This document shows, in pieces, positions 27,081 to 42,442 of a DNA stretch of 64,000 bases. The DNA lies in the NCBI RefSeq assembly GCF_009914755.1, contig NC_060926.1. One strand, given 5' to 3'. Made by a program: the position numbers and the translations under genes. A model generated the notes under the pieces. That model saw only the letters and a program-made list of their open reading frames with translations. It was not told the origin of the DNA and ran no database searches. Numbering within the stretch: position 1 is the first letter of the stretch; every line of letters starts with the position of its first letter. Source of the DNA: the human T2T-CHM13v2.0 reference genome, Homo sapiens.

Positions 27081-28903
27081 GTATTCTAAATCTTCTCTGG
27101 CTGCCCTCAACCTCAGCAAAGGTCTACAAAGAAATGGGGGGAAGGGAAGGGCACTTCTGCATCTAGATAATCACAGGGCCTTATAAACAGGCTCTGGTAT
27201 AGCATGCTGCACAAAGTAGCAAAATTAAATTGTAACTTAAGTATTCTTGCCTCTATCAGATGATAAAGACTCTGGCATAAAACACAGATAGGAATGCAAA
27301 CATCTACAGTCTAAGTTAGCTCTACTCTCTATCTACTGAAGCCTTAGGGCATGGCATGTACATCCAAAGATCACTTCCATTTAGCTTTTACTGTAAAATG
27401 ACATTACAAAGCAGAAAAGTTACCTCCCTAATCATGCTTAGGCTTAGCTAACAAGAAGATCAGTGTGAATACTCTGAGGAGAGAGTCAACACAGCAGCAA
27501 AGACTTGTATTCTAAACACTTAAAGATATATATATTCATTTATACACATTGGTGTAACTTAGGAAGGTGCAGAGCCATTACACACAGACATAAATTCAAA
27601 TATTAATAAGTTTGAGGAATTATTTCAACATTGGCATACTATTCATGTCATGAAAATGGAAACCTAAAAGTCCTCTATTTACTTGAGAGGCTTCCAGAAA
27701 TTAAAATTTAAACAATATACTAAAAGAATGTAATAAACGAGGATGAGGGGATGCAGGGAAAGACTAAGGAAGCAGAAGACAGCAAGGGGGAGTCTTGAGT
27801 CTGAATCCATTTGGAAAGCACAGCTCTAAGAATGCCCATATCCGGTCCTTGCATGTTACAGATGAAAAAACTGTGACCCCATGAAGACGAGCAATCGCCC
27901 AAGATTACATAAGCAGTGTGCCAAGAGCTAGGAACAAGACCCTTCAGTTGCAGTCCCTGGGTATTGAAAAGCATGAACAGAAATGAAGACAAAAGGAGCT
28001 CACCCATCTTAGATGCACGTACCTGGTTAAAAACCAGAGGACAGAGAAAGAATAAGCTTAAAAAAAAAAAGAACCTCCTGAGGGCACCACACAGCTGGCC
28101 CAAAACTACAAGGTCAGCTCCTTACTCATTAGGTTCTGCAGGCTGTCGCAGAGATCAGTTCTTTCCAACTCATTCCAGCACATAACCAAGCTTGGCTATC
28201 TGCCTGCCTCATCTAAGCAGAGAAAACAAGATTGGCAAGGACCCAGGTACCTTCATACATCTGAAAACACTAGAAAAATCTCACCTCTGGACAATACCAA
28301 CTAAACAAAGTGCTAACTTTTATTTATCTTATGACTGATCTTTGTCTATTTTCACATTAATAAAGGAAAGCAGGTGGAAGTTACACTTCAGCCTGCATAC
28401 TCGTAAGAACACCAAGTCCAAATAAAAATCAGTTACTTCTGGAGTTATGAACAAAGAAAAACAATAATCTAAACGTTTAACAATAGAAGGATTGAGTAAA
28501 TTATAATCACTTCATAAAACAGAATATGTAGCCATTAAAAATATTTACAAAGAATTTTTAACAAAATGGGAAACCACCTGTGTTATTTTAAAGAATCAGG
28601 ATAAACATTTTACACATACAAGACTCTTGCTATTGTAGTTTCTAATTTTGAAACAAATAAGACAGGAAGAAAATTCACTGAAATATTAATGATGCCTTTC
28701 TCTGGTATAAGAATCGTAAGGATAGCTTTCTTCTTGATATTCTTTTCTATTTTCCAGACTTCCCATCTTAAGCATATACTAATCTTATACGCAGGAAAGA
28801 AAAAGTCCTACATGTATTTTTAAAGTAAAAAGAAACAATAAAAAAGATGTAAGTTACTATCAACAAAACGCAGAAACAATTTGCCGATACTTTTTCACCT
28901 TAC

Positions 28904-28993
28904 CTTAACTTTCTTTTTCCATGTAGATTTCTGCTTCTCCTCTTCTTCCTCAATTAATTTAAGTGCCAGCTCTTTGTTAACTTTTGGCAATTT
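28904..28993 (-). CDS. NOL10: NOL10 exon 17: KLPKVNKELALKLIEEEEEKQKSTWKKKVK
   Basis: tctctag|AAA acceptor, AAG|gtaagg donor, 90 nt = 30 codons. Confidence 0.96.
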
Positions 28994-29097
28994 CTAGAGA
29001 GAAAATAAAAGCTGGTATTTTATTTTATTTTAAAAGCTAACATATTTACATATTAGCTTAAAGGTAAACAGTTGTGTAAGTATAATTTCATAAATAG

Positions 29098-29469
<372 letters not shown>

Positions 29470-29583
29470 TGATGATACCAGGTGGGCCACATGGCAAAAA
29501 AACGGCAACCCCAGCTTACTGCTAGGGAACTCGCCCTCATTTCTCTTCCCAGGGCACTGAGAGCCTCTTTCCAGTGCACTGAG

Positions 29584-29866
29584 AGGCAGCGCAATGGCTC
29601 ATGACTGTAATCCCAGCACTTTGGGAAGCCGATGGGAGGCTCACTTTAGCCCTGAAGTTAAAGACCAGCCTGGGCAACACGGCAAAATTCTGTCTCTACT
29701 AAAACTACAAAAAATTAGTTGAGTGTGGTAGTGTGCGCCTATAGTCCCTAGCTACTTGGGAGGCTGAGGTGGGAAGATCACTTGAGCTCAGGTCGAGGCT
29801 GCAGTGAGCTCTGATCATGCCACTGTACTCCACCATGGGCAACAAAGCAAGATCCTGTCTCAAAAA
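29584..29866 (+). mobile_element. AluJ-like
   Basis: Dimer, inverted relative to the Alu at 29119-29414. Confidence 0.9.
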
Positions 29867-29999
29867 TACACCAGAAATCTTTTAACAGTCTGGAAAAACA
29901 AAAAAGTACTGAGGGTAAATGCAGAAAACAGTCACTAGTCTTTTATAGTGACAGAGTATGTACGTATACCAACGTTCAGTTATACACATTGGTATCATT

Positions 30000-30420
30000 T
30001 GGTGGTTGAAATGAACCAACAGGGGCGGCTGCAGACAGACTGCAAGGCAGGTGCAGGAGCAGGGCCTGCCCTTCTCTGTCTACACTGGCATCACACAACA
30101 GCAACTCTTTGTCCTGGAAACAACAGCTGGTTCCACAGCAGTGGTGGATTCCAGTTTGCAGTTTCCAACGCTCCCAGGAACATCCTTGCTATTATGCCTC
30201 AAGGGCCCTGGAACCGGCCTGTGGCCCCTCCTCAGAGGCCTGGGTCCAGCTCCACGGGGCCTCCTCTTCCTATTCCCCAGGCTGTTCCGCAGCTCTGAGT
30301 TGGTGGCTGCTTCCTGCAGTTTACCTCTCTCCTCCATCCTTTAGCAGTTCTGTCTTTTCAGTTCTCCAATACCAAGTTAATCATTCTTTACATTAAATTC
30401 TATGTACTCAGACAGAGAGT
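30000..30420 (+). mobile_element. Old ERVL-type LTR remnant (LTR33/LTR41-like)
   Basis: ggattccagtttgcagtttccaac...gttctccaatacc..attctttacattaaattc resembles recalled ERVL LTR 3' portion. Confidence 0.45.
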
Positions 30421-30826
30421 GCAGTTTACGACTGTCGACCATTTCCCATGATCCAAACAGAGCCTAAGATACGGCCAAAGGTCAGTAAGGAATAGGGATT
30501 AGCAAAGCCCGGATACTCCAAAAATGGAAAACCCATTTAAAAATGCTATCAGGTTTCTAGTGGAGGTGACAATATCAATCATTCTAGCATTATGTCCCAC
30601 AGTACAATTACCGCAGAGGTCATAATGCGAAAATTGTAAAGAGTTTTGCACCCTCATGACAAACATGACACACTGATGACAAACAAACTATACCAAAAAT
30701 ATCAGTAAAAGATGCAAATTAAAGATGGAAAATCAAGAAAAGAATGGCAGATTTCTTTGGAATAATACACAAAATGGAAATTAAGTACTCTTCTCTGATA
30801 AATTCAATGGTAAGTATAATATTTAC

Positions 30827-30925
30827 CTTTAACTGGACTCTCTGTGCACGTGTTTCTTCTATTTTCTGTCGTATTTTATCTTTCCTATATTCTTCATAAG
30901 CAAATGGATTTACCATCAGTTTCAC
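30827..30925 (-). CDS. NOL10: NOL10 exon 16: VKLMVNPFAYEEYRKDKIRQKIEETRAQRVQLK
   Basis: ttttgaaaag|GTG acceptor, AAG|gtaaat donor, 99 nt; ORF 30719..30925. Confidence 0.97.
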
Positions 30926-31128
30926 CTTTTCAAAATGAAAAAAGTTTTTAAAATAAAAGAATGGTATTTGGTAATATCATTTTCATATACACCACGACAG
31001 TTATGCCAAAGAACAGGCAGATCCCCTACAAATCCTATGTATGATTTATGAAAGTGCGAGTAGTGAGGAAATGGCCACAGACTGCGCATTAGTTACCTGA
31101 AACATAATAACTGTAGTTTTCTGTTTAC

Positions 31129-31208
31129 CTTGTGATAGAGTCTTATATCCATGAAAAACCCATGCATATATGCCCGGAGGAAAGGAGATCCAATGAGGTG
31201 GGTGAGCC
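31129..31208 (-). CDS. NOL10: NOL10 exon 15: (G)LTHLIGSPFLRAYMHGFFMDIRLYHK
   Basis: ctttcccag|GG acceptor, AAG|gtaaac donor, 80 nt, phase 1 to 0. Confidence 0.96.
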
Positions 31209-31985
31209 CTGGGAAAGGTCAAACAGAAGACAGCAGGTCCTTATGCAATCTTCATTAACATTCAACAGTTTTTCTTGGGCAACAATTTGATTATAGTAAG
31301 ATTTCACTTCAGACTAAAAATTTAAGGATTAGAATTACTAATCTTCTTTGATATCTATAGAGAACATTTAATCTACTTCAGCAATATCATCCTTATTTTA
31401 AATGTAATAATACTACACACAAAAATGATGAGAAAGTCCTTATGAACTAAGACAAAGAGGGTTCCCTTATACCCTCTGAGTGGTCCTCAGATTTTTTATT
31501 TCCACAAACAAGTTCAATTTAGAAAATAATACTGGGGATCAACAGTAAGTTGCCAAATTGAAATGAGGAGAAGGGAGAGAGGAGAAACATTGTCATCGAC
31601 CATTTGCAAAGACAAAGGACACTCACAAAAACAACGTAGAAAGAACCGTCTTCCAAGAAAGAACAGCTGACAAATTCCTACCACCATATATAAACATACA
31701 TACATGCATATTAATACTCATATCACATATGCACTCCTCATCAGGGACTAATGAAAAGTCCACTGCCAGTCAGCATTTGAGAACCCTGCCTCAAACAATA
31801 CTTTCACAGAGTTTCCCAGTTTTAATAGGTTACACTTAGAATTTGTGGTGCTGGTGGTCACATAAGAATGCTCTATGTCACAGGAATTATTTATTAATTC
31901 CAAATATTGACACAGAAAAAGACTGAGATCTTCAAAATAAGTCCACATGTGATGTACTCACATGCAGAACATTTACGATATATGT

Positions 31986-32314
31986 CAGTGGTCCCCAACC
32001 TTTTTGGCACCAGGGACTGGTTTTGTAGAAGACAATTTTTCCACGGATGCAGGGAGGGACAGTTTCAGGACGAAACTATTCCACCTCAGATCATCAGGCA
32101 TTAGATTCTCACAAGGAGCTCACAACCTAGATCCCTCGCATGTGCAGTTCACACTAGTTTCACGCTCCTATAAGAATCAAATGCCACGGCTGGCAGGAGG
32201 CGGAGCTCAGGCAGTCATGCTCACTTACCACTCGCCTCCTGCTGTGTGGCCCGGTTCCTCATAGGCCACCCACCAACTGGTATGGGTCCATGGCCCAGGG
32301 GTTGGGGACCCCTG
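31986..32314 (+). mobile_element. MER1B (hAT-Charlie)
   Basis: TIRs cagtggtccccaacc / ggttggggacccctg; degenerate 8-bp TSD atatatgt/gtataagt. Confidence 0.93.
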
Positions 32315-32825
32315 GTATAAGTGACTGTCTTTCTAAGGAAAGCATTACTCTAATTTCCAAATTTTAGAAATATACATCCATCTAGACCTGAAAATCAAGT
32401 ACTGAGCAAAATCATACAGTAGTATAAAATAGTATATGTTATAGAACAATATAAAAAAGAAAATTAAATTTAGGATATTCTCATAACGGAATTCTAAAAC
32501 TTGATTAGGAAAATACTGTCATAGAATTCATTAGGTTAATAAAAATATGGGGTTTGCACTTTCACAATGGAGTCCTAACAAAAGAGGGCTGAGCCTTAAT
32601 GAAACGTGAATGTATACAACTGCACGTGTATATTCTCTAAATCTTCCTCAGGATAAGGGTCTGATTAACCACTACATTATAAAATACATATACCAGTGAT
32701 TGCAAAAGTAATTTTTTGTTTCCTTTATTAATGTCACAGAATTAATCCAAGTCAGGTCATAAATAAAAACCAAGTGAAGCGCTTTTCATAGCGAAACAGT
32801 CCTAACCCGAGAATCGGATGCAGCA

Positions 32826-33060
32826 GCATTTCCTACAGTTAACTCCATGGATCACTAGTCCCAAGAGATCTTCTGAGAAAAAAGGGCTCCATGGTCAAGT
32901 AAGTTTGGGAAATGTTTCATACTTTCCTTCCGTTTGGAGATTTACAATGTATGATGGTATTAAAGGCTCTAAGAAGTATGCGAGGTAAAGAAATTGATTT
33001 AACTGTGCTTAACCTAGCATTTCCCAAACTTATTTGCCACAAATCTCCTAAAATAAAAGG
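32826..33060 (+). mobile_element. MER103C-like hAT fossil
   Basis: gaaaaaagggctccatggtcaagtaagtttgggaaa ... gcatttcccaaacttatttg. Confidence 0.7.
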
Positions 33061-33084
33061 GTGCTGAATATTTTCCAAGCATTT

Positions 33085-33275
33085 TCTGATTCATTCTCCA
33101 GGCAACCCTATAGGTTGGGACCAATATTATTCCCATTTTACATATGAGGAAACCAAGGCTTAAAGAGGCGAAGTGAATTGGCCAAGTTGTGCAGATATTA
33201 AGTGAGAAAGGTGGGATGTAAACCCATGTCAGTCTACCTGTAGTGCCCACAATATCAGCCACTATGCTATCCACC
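33085..33275 (-). mobile_element. MIR
   Basis: Core cccattttacatatgaggaaaccaaggcttaaagagg. Confidence 0.8.
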
Positions 33276-34377
33276 CAGTCCTTTTTACAGACGTAATTTT
33301 CCAAAGAACGCACTGTGGGAAATACCAAGCTATAAGATCTGCTGTTGGCCATATCCAGAAGAGTCAGAACTTGCAAATCTTCAATATACTAATGCTGCAC
33401 TAAAAATAATCTTAGGAAGTAAGGGAAGTTCATTACTTACTTCTACTCTTAAGATATTCTATTTAGAAGGTTTTATATATTATGGGGAAATGATAAAAGC
33501 TCATTTGACATCAAAAGATATTAGTAATATACATAAAATGCTTTCTAGTATAACTGTCATTTTGTTGAATATCTATTTCTATAGTTTTAAAAATGAGCAG
33601 TACAATTACTTTTTAACAAAATATACCTAAACTTATATAACTCCTTTTTTCACCCAAAATAAACCCAGTAAAGAAACTGAAAAAGAACCCAAAATGTACT
33701 AAACATAGTAGTTTTTAAAAAATCCATAAAAGAACAATGACCTTTTTTCATTCGATTTAAGAATGTAGGTGAGTGTGACAGCATATTATGAAAATTACGT
33801 TGGAGACACTTAAGAAGGCACTGCAGTAAGAAGGTCCTATTTCATTCAAGTCATTTTTTAAAAGGCTAAATTCAGCTCTTTTTTGGTAGTAACTGACAGA
33901 AAGTAATTCCGCCTGGATTAACTGTGCTATGAGATATGGGTTAAAAAGGAAGTTTAATTAATCTAATGGTAACATGATTCTGTTTTAATACTCAACTGTT
34001 GTTGCACATCTATTTGTTCCAAAGACAACTAAGTTGCCTTGCCTTGTATAAAATGGATCCTCTAAGTTTTCCCACTCTCAGTAACTTCTGCTGTAGCCCT
34101 CTGACAGCAGCAGAACAAGATGAGCACCATCTACTCTAACCTAGAGGAGGGCTAGGCAAGCAGGCGCAACATGTCCTGCAGGGGCTGGGATGGCTGGGGA
34201 AAGGGCACGGACTCTTGGATTTAAAGCTCAACTCTCAAGTTTACTACCACTGAAACTTCTGGCAATGTACATTTATCTTTTTTTTTTTTTTGCCTCAGTT
34301 TCCTTATCTAATGGAATCATAATAGTACCCAATCCATAGGGATGTGAAGATTAAATGAGTTACATGTAGAACGCTTA

Positions 34378-34679
<302 letters not shown>

Positions 34680-35235
34680 TACTATCTGCACATAGTAAGC
34701 CCTATCTCATAAGTATTTGCTGTTCTTTTAAGACACTTCTTGGCTTGTGACCTTCAAACATAAAGTAACTATTAAGGTTCTTCTACATCTGAAGTTTCAA
34801 TGTATCACTTCTAAGTTTTGGATTGGGTCTTTTATAATCAAACCTAAAAGGGAGGCAGGAATCATTTACTTGCCGTCTCTGAGACATTTTCAAAACCTTA
34901 TTATACTTCAGATAATACTGGTGAAAAAAAAATCACTCCTTTCGTGACAATTTTTTTCCTCTATAATAGCTAGTATGCTAAAAGAAATTATTTGCTAAAA
35001 TAAATTCTCATTTAAAATACAAAAAAGCTTCAGCATGTTAAATTTACTTGAACTTTTCTCTAAGGAGAAAGGTTACAAATCTGACAATTTATAATATGTT
35101 TAATATCTGATTTGGCAGAAAGGGAAGATTTAGGAGATGAGGTAAACATGGCTCAGCCAATTCTCATGTTCAAAACTCAAAAAAAAAGTAGAAATAAAGT
35201 AATTACATAATATTTCATCACAATTTTTTTTTTAC

Positions 35236-35362
35236 CTAAATTTTCAAGGTCTTTCTTGGTGACAAATTTATAATCATCATAGACTGTGCTTTCTGGATTC
35301 TCTTCTAATTCTTCGGTCAAGTTGTCTAAGAAGGAACACCACCGAGGAGCAGGACCCAAAAC
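35236..35362 (-). CDS. NOL10: NOL10 exon 14: [42 protein letters not shown](G)
   Basis: ccaacag|GTT acceptor, TAG|gtaaaa donor, 127 nt = 42 codons + 1; conserved Enp2/NOL10 motif [19 protein letters not shown]. Confidence 0.97.
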
Positions 35363-35799
35363 CTGTTGGTGTTTATGAGAAGGTCAGCAAAGGCACAGTT
35401 TACCACGCCATCCAAGTCTCAGTTATTTATAACCAGATTTTGTTAAACATGATTTCTAAATCCTTTTTTCTATCAGAAGTATTGACAAATGGATGCAGTA
35501 TGTATAATGAACAAGTATATAACAGAAGAGAATAAACAAAGTGGTAAATGTTTAGGCTTGTAAGAGAAAACAACCTCACTTAGTCTAAGGTACAAAAGTA
35601 TGAATGAATGTTCTTATATTAGCACTATCAAAGTACAGATAAATAATTCAGATACTTATAATAACATCCATCCATTCATGTATCACCTCCTTCCTTCAAA
35701 ATACTACTAGAATTCTACAAAAGCATTATTTGGTACACTAGATTTTTTAAGTTTGCCAAACAAAAGTCTAAAAGAAAAATTACCTTTTTAAAAAACAAT

Positions 35800-35918
35800 A
35801 TTTATTATTATTATTATTATTATTATTTTGTAGAGATAGGGTTTTGCCATGTTGCCCAGGTTGGTCTTGAACTCCTGAGTTCAAGCAATCTGCCAGGCTC
35901 AGCCACCACACTCGGCCC
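35800..35918 (-). mobile_element. Alu left monomer with (TTA)n tail
   Basis: tttgtagagatagggttttgccatgttgcccagg. Confidence 0.85.
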
Positions 35919-36011
35919 AAAATTACTTTCTTTTAAGATTTTTCAACTAATTACTTGACAATTACATTCCATTCTGCATGGTCCACTTCATTTAATTCAT
36001 TTAACTCATTA

Positions 36012-36236
36012 AAAACTACAATTCTAGACTATAGTTAATGGCAATATATTGTATTCTTGAAAATCGCTAAGAGAGTAGATTTTAAATGATCTCATTACAA
36101 AAAATGGTAAGTACTACGTGAGGTGATGCAAATGTTAATTAGCTCAATTTAGCCATTCCACAACATATACATGTTTCAAAATATCATGCGGTACACAACA
36201 AATACATGTAATTTTTACTTGCCATTTAAAAATAAT
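36012..36236 (+). mobile_element. L1MA-like 3' end
   Basis: tattgtattcttgaaaatcgctaagagagtagattttaaatg. Confidence 0.85.
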
Positions 36237-37356
36237 TAGTTGATTTTTTAAATTTCTGTATAAATAAGTCTTCAAAACTAAATGGGTGACCAGGCTCCAC
36301 GAGTTATCCCAATGAAAGGCTGAGGAACAAAAGGCTGAACAGAATTATAACCAACTAATAAAATATGAATCATTAAGTTTGTAATCCAACTATGAAAAAA
36401 TATAATCCACCTACTTTCATAAAATACTATGATCACTTTGTACATTTTTGCTATTGATACAAATCTTTCCCAACAAAATGCCACACCCGCTGAGGTCAAT
36501 GTATGCCAAAGGAAACCTTGGCTCAGTCAACAGAGAAGATATGCTAGCGAAATCCTCCCTTAAGCTAGAGGTAATGAGAGAACACTGGACTCGGGCAAAA
36601 TGGAACTTCCAGTGACGACTTAACCTGTTTATTTCAGTAGCAATCAAGCATACTGGAAAAAAACCCAGAAATCATAATGGAAATTATTAAATCTAGCTTA
36701 AACTTTCTGAAGAAGGAAAGGCAGAAGGAAGAGAATTATAACAAAGAAAAACAGCCCCTGTTAACACCCTCTTCAAATAAAAAGAAAAGTAAATGTTAGA
36801 TATGGCCATAATAATTTAGTGACATTATTTTGCCGGATTAGAAAGAGTGATTCTCTTCACCTCAACACAGCTATGGTACTCATAAACATGAAAAAAACTC
36901 GAGCATATATAGTCTTCCACAGAAACTTCATATTAGTGCAATCTACAATTTTTAAAAATAGAAGTAAAGGTTTTTATATACTAAGTGGTTTGACTCCAAC
37001 CATAAAAGACAAACCTTCAAGAAATGCAAGGCATTTTTAAAAAATTCCATATAGAACACTTTTTAAAAGAACTGCTATGGTTTTAAGCAATTTTAGGACA
37101 GTAGCTTGAAGTCAACAACTAAATGCTACCACATACAAAGCACTGTGCTAAATTAAAGACACTGACCACAATCTCCCTGAAGAAGTTTAAAATCCAGCTG
37201 AAGCACATGTGTGCACTTGCATGTCCACACACACGCACATACACACACAATGTGTGTGCAATGAACTCAGACTGCACTGAGTCGAAGGGGAAGATGGCTT
37301 AAAAAAAACTAGGGAAGGCTGGGACACCGAATTAAGTCTATTTGAAAGGACTTCAT

Positions 37357-37668
<312 letters not shown>

Positions 37669-39022
37669 TCATGTCGGAAGGAGCACATGAGCAAGCTAGG
37701 AAAATCACAGGCATCTTCTGAAGCCGAGAGAGTTGAGGCCCTTGTAACTACAGGGGTATCTGCTTCCAGTGAGTCATAAACCTGCAAATGCAAAGCTCTA
37801 TCAGATAATGGTGTACTCCCTAAAACAGCAATCTTTTCTTTTCTAGACGAGATCAAAGTATGCTATTATTGCTTTTTTAGAATATAATATCCAAGATATT
37901 GTCCTCTGAGGAGAGACATCTGTTTTGTTAACTGCTGAATTTTTAGTACCTAGAACAGTGCCTGCCAAATAGTAGGTGCTCAATAACTATGTGATAAATA
38001 AATCTATTCATGTACAAAACACATATGAATTTCATATGCATCAAGTACTAAAACTGAAAGGGTCCTCTCCGGCAAAAGTATTTCTAAATTGGTCTAATAT
38101 TCCTTATTCAGACAAAAACACTCAAATACCTCACCATAAAGCTACTGGGTATATGAATACTTCTGGTGAAAGTTAGATCTATCTTGATTCCTATACAAGG
38201 GTACACTGTTACCCAAAGAACCTCAAAATAAATTGTTCCACCTTTTTAAATCAATCATAAACATGGGCTTCAAAGACAATAAAAAGATTATACTGTGTGC
38301 ACTGACTTTCAAAGGTGAAGGCAGGAATACTAAAACAGTCTAGATGTGAATTGACTTTCACATAGCCCTCTTTTATAATGTTCCACAACATTCTTTCTGA
38401 TTATCTAGATTTTAATGGAAGTGGTTTAAATTGCCTGTCAGGGGACAGGTCTAGTTATGGTAAATAATCTCTGCAATCAGATTCATGGCCATTAAATTTT
38501 CTAGGAAAAAATATTTCCATCAAAAACAAAATTAAATCTAGCAGTTGACCTTATTAATCACATTTCCTGAGTTCCTTTTCAGAGAAAAAACATCAAAACC
38601 ACCATAACAAAGTTGAAATTATTGATTTACACTGGTATAAAATGCAGGTTTTATCCACATTAGACCTTTCGTCAGAGGCCTACCATTAAGTTTCAAAAAC
38701 AGTGGCCAGCTTAGCCAATAAGGAGGGCTCAACCACAGGCACGTCACACTCTCTGATGTAGCTACATCACAGCGTCAATGTGTAAAATGTCTTTATTGCC
38801 TTCATAGCCATAAAATATGTTAAACCTCAACTAATCCTTTGAAATATATTAATTTACTTTCTAAATTCCACATTTTACAACTTGAGGAAAACATCCTTTT
38901 TAGCCATATATGGACTATCACTACTACCTCAAACTTTCCAGGTTTTCTGTCCTGCTGTTACATTGCTGTATTCTATGCTTCAGTCATACCATGTTGCCCA
39001 TGCTGTGGTCAATTTATAAGAC

Positions 39023-39142
39023 TTTCTTTTTTTCTTTTTATTTTTTTAGAGACAGGTTCTTGCTGTGTTGCCTAGGCTGGTCTTGAAACTCTTGAGAGCC
39101 TCCAGAATAGACAGAATTACAGGCAGTGGTACTGCGCCCAGC
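39023..39142 (-). mobile_element. Degraded Alu monomer
   Basis: gagacaggttcttgctgtgttgcctaggctggtcttgaa. Confidence 0.75.
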
Positions 39143-39552
39143 AAATATTTCTTCAACTCACAGGTCAGTATTAATAAAAGTAGAAAATTGAAAACTGATT
39201 CATCAGATTGCTAGAAAGGGATAATGTGGCTCCCTTAGCAACTTTAATGATAATCATATCAACCAATCTAAATGGAAATACTTGATTCTATAAAATATGA
39301 ATCTTTATGTACCAACATGCTACAAGAAGGCCACAACTCAAATGCAGCAAAGTATCTGCTTGTGCCAATCTACTTGAGCGGAAGAACCAATTTTAAAGGA
39401 CATGAAAATACATGCCATGTGCCCAAGATGATCACTGCTTCTATGATTACAATTTGTCTTTAAGATGTTAATTATAAAACTCAAAATTATCATGTATTCC
39501 TGTAAAGCACTACAAGTGGGGAGGAAAAAGGGTGAACACTAAAAATCTTAGG

Positions 39553-40203
<651 letters not shown>

Positions 40204-40535
40204 TACTCTTAGGGAGCTGAAAGAAGATACTCCTTCCCTCACTCTACTTTAGAAAAATCACTGTGCTACATCCCAAAGCTGTGCTGAGACAGAAAAAAAG
40301 ATTGAAGATTACCAGATAAATGGTTTTAACAGATCAAGGGTGATTAAAACAACAACAAAGTACTATTAATATTATAGACAAAGAACCAAAGTCTACTAAA
40401 CCAATACAAATGCCATCATTTTTTTCTGCTTATTTATAATGCTACTGAGTATGACAAAGCCTTTCATTATCTAACGTACTATTAATGGAACAAATAAGAA
40501 AATAATTGATAACATAGAACAGCCATTAAATTTGA

Positions 40536-40844
<309 letters not shown>

Positions 40845-40861
40845 TAGAAATATTCTTTTAC

Positions 40862-41063
40862 AAGCCTGGGCAATGTAGTGAGGCCTTGTCTCTACACATT
40901 TTTTATATATTTTTTAAAAATATTAAAAAATTAACCAGGTATGGTGGCATGTGCCTGTGGTCCCAGCTATTCCTGAGGCTGAGATGGGAGGATCACCTGA
41001 GCCATGATCACGCCACTGCATTCCAGCCTGGGCAACAGAATAAGACCCTGTTAAAAAAAAAAA
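40862..41063 (+). mobile_element. Partial AluJ
   Basis: agcctgggcaatgtagtgagg...gaccctgttaaaa. Confidence 0.85.
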
Positions 41064-41870
41064 AGAGAGAAAGAAGACCAGAGAAGACAAGAAGAGAAAG
41101 AAAAAGAATCACATGGAAAAAGGACCTAAGTAAATTATTTTAATTTCAGGAATAAAACTGAAACCATGAAATGTAATGAAATAGATTTTAATTCAATTTT
41201 TATTCATCACATATTTATTAAATTCCATATTTATTATGTTCCAAGTACAGTATACCCTATAAAAATAGTAGAATGAAACCCAAAAGGAACAGAGTTGTTT
41301 CAAATACAGCAATACTTATGTGGAAGGACTAAATTATTCTTAATTTCTTCAACTTCATTCATTCATTCAAAAAGTTAACTGAGCATTTGGTAAAAGTTAA
41401 GTGCTAAAGTCAAACATAAGTAAGTGGAAAACAATCAAGTACAATACAATGGGATTAGTGCCAAAACAGAAATTTTTAAAAGGTTCTAGGAAGCCCTTTA
41501 TCTGCTGAGGCCGATCAAGATAGCTTTGCAAGGGGCACTTGAGCAAGGCCCTGAACAACTGAGAGGCTATGGTTTCATAACCAGGAAAGCTTAACTGCCA
41601 CACTAAATAGTAAGAATGTAGTGCTACATAAAATTAATATATTTCACTGATTACACAGAAGATGTTTAGTTAAAAGAATTGTCATTTTTACCTTTCAGTG
41701 ATCTTATACTATTACAATCCTAGAAATTGAATTTAAACTTTTATGTTATAATGACACTATTAAATCAAACAGGTAAGAACTACATTTACTAACAGCAACA
41801 GGGAGTTTGAATATAAAAGTTTTTTTTACCACCTAACAACCATATCAAGTATCTAGTTATTTTATTATAG

Positions 41871-42310
<440 letters not shown>

Positions 42311-42378
42311 CGCTATTAGAATTTAAATCCAGGTCTAACCAGAAATCTGTTACCCTTACTGTGAGGCCATGATTCTTT

Positions 42379-42442
42379 TTGGGAAACAGGATCTTGCTGT
42401 TGCCCAGGCTGGAGTGCAGTGGTATGACCATAGCTCACTGCA
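42379..42442 (-). mobile_element. 5'-truncated Alu (~65 bp) with TSD
   Basis: gtgaggccatgattcttt (42361-78) / gtgaggccctggttcttt (42443-60). Confidence 0.8.

Noticed and set aside
35363-35395. U12-type intron explanation for the odd exon 14 acceptor
   Set aside because: No TCCTTAAC branch consensus; the matching donor is outside the window
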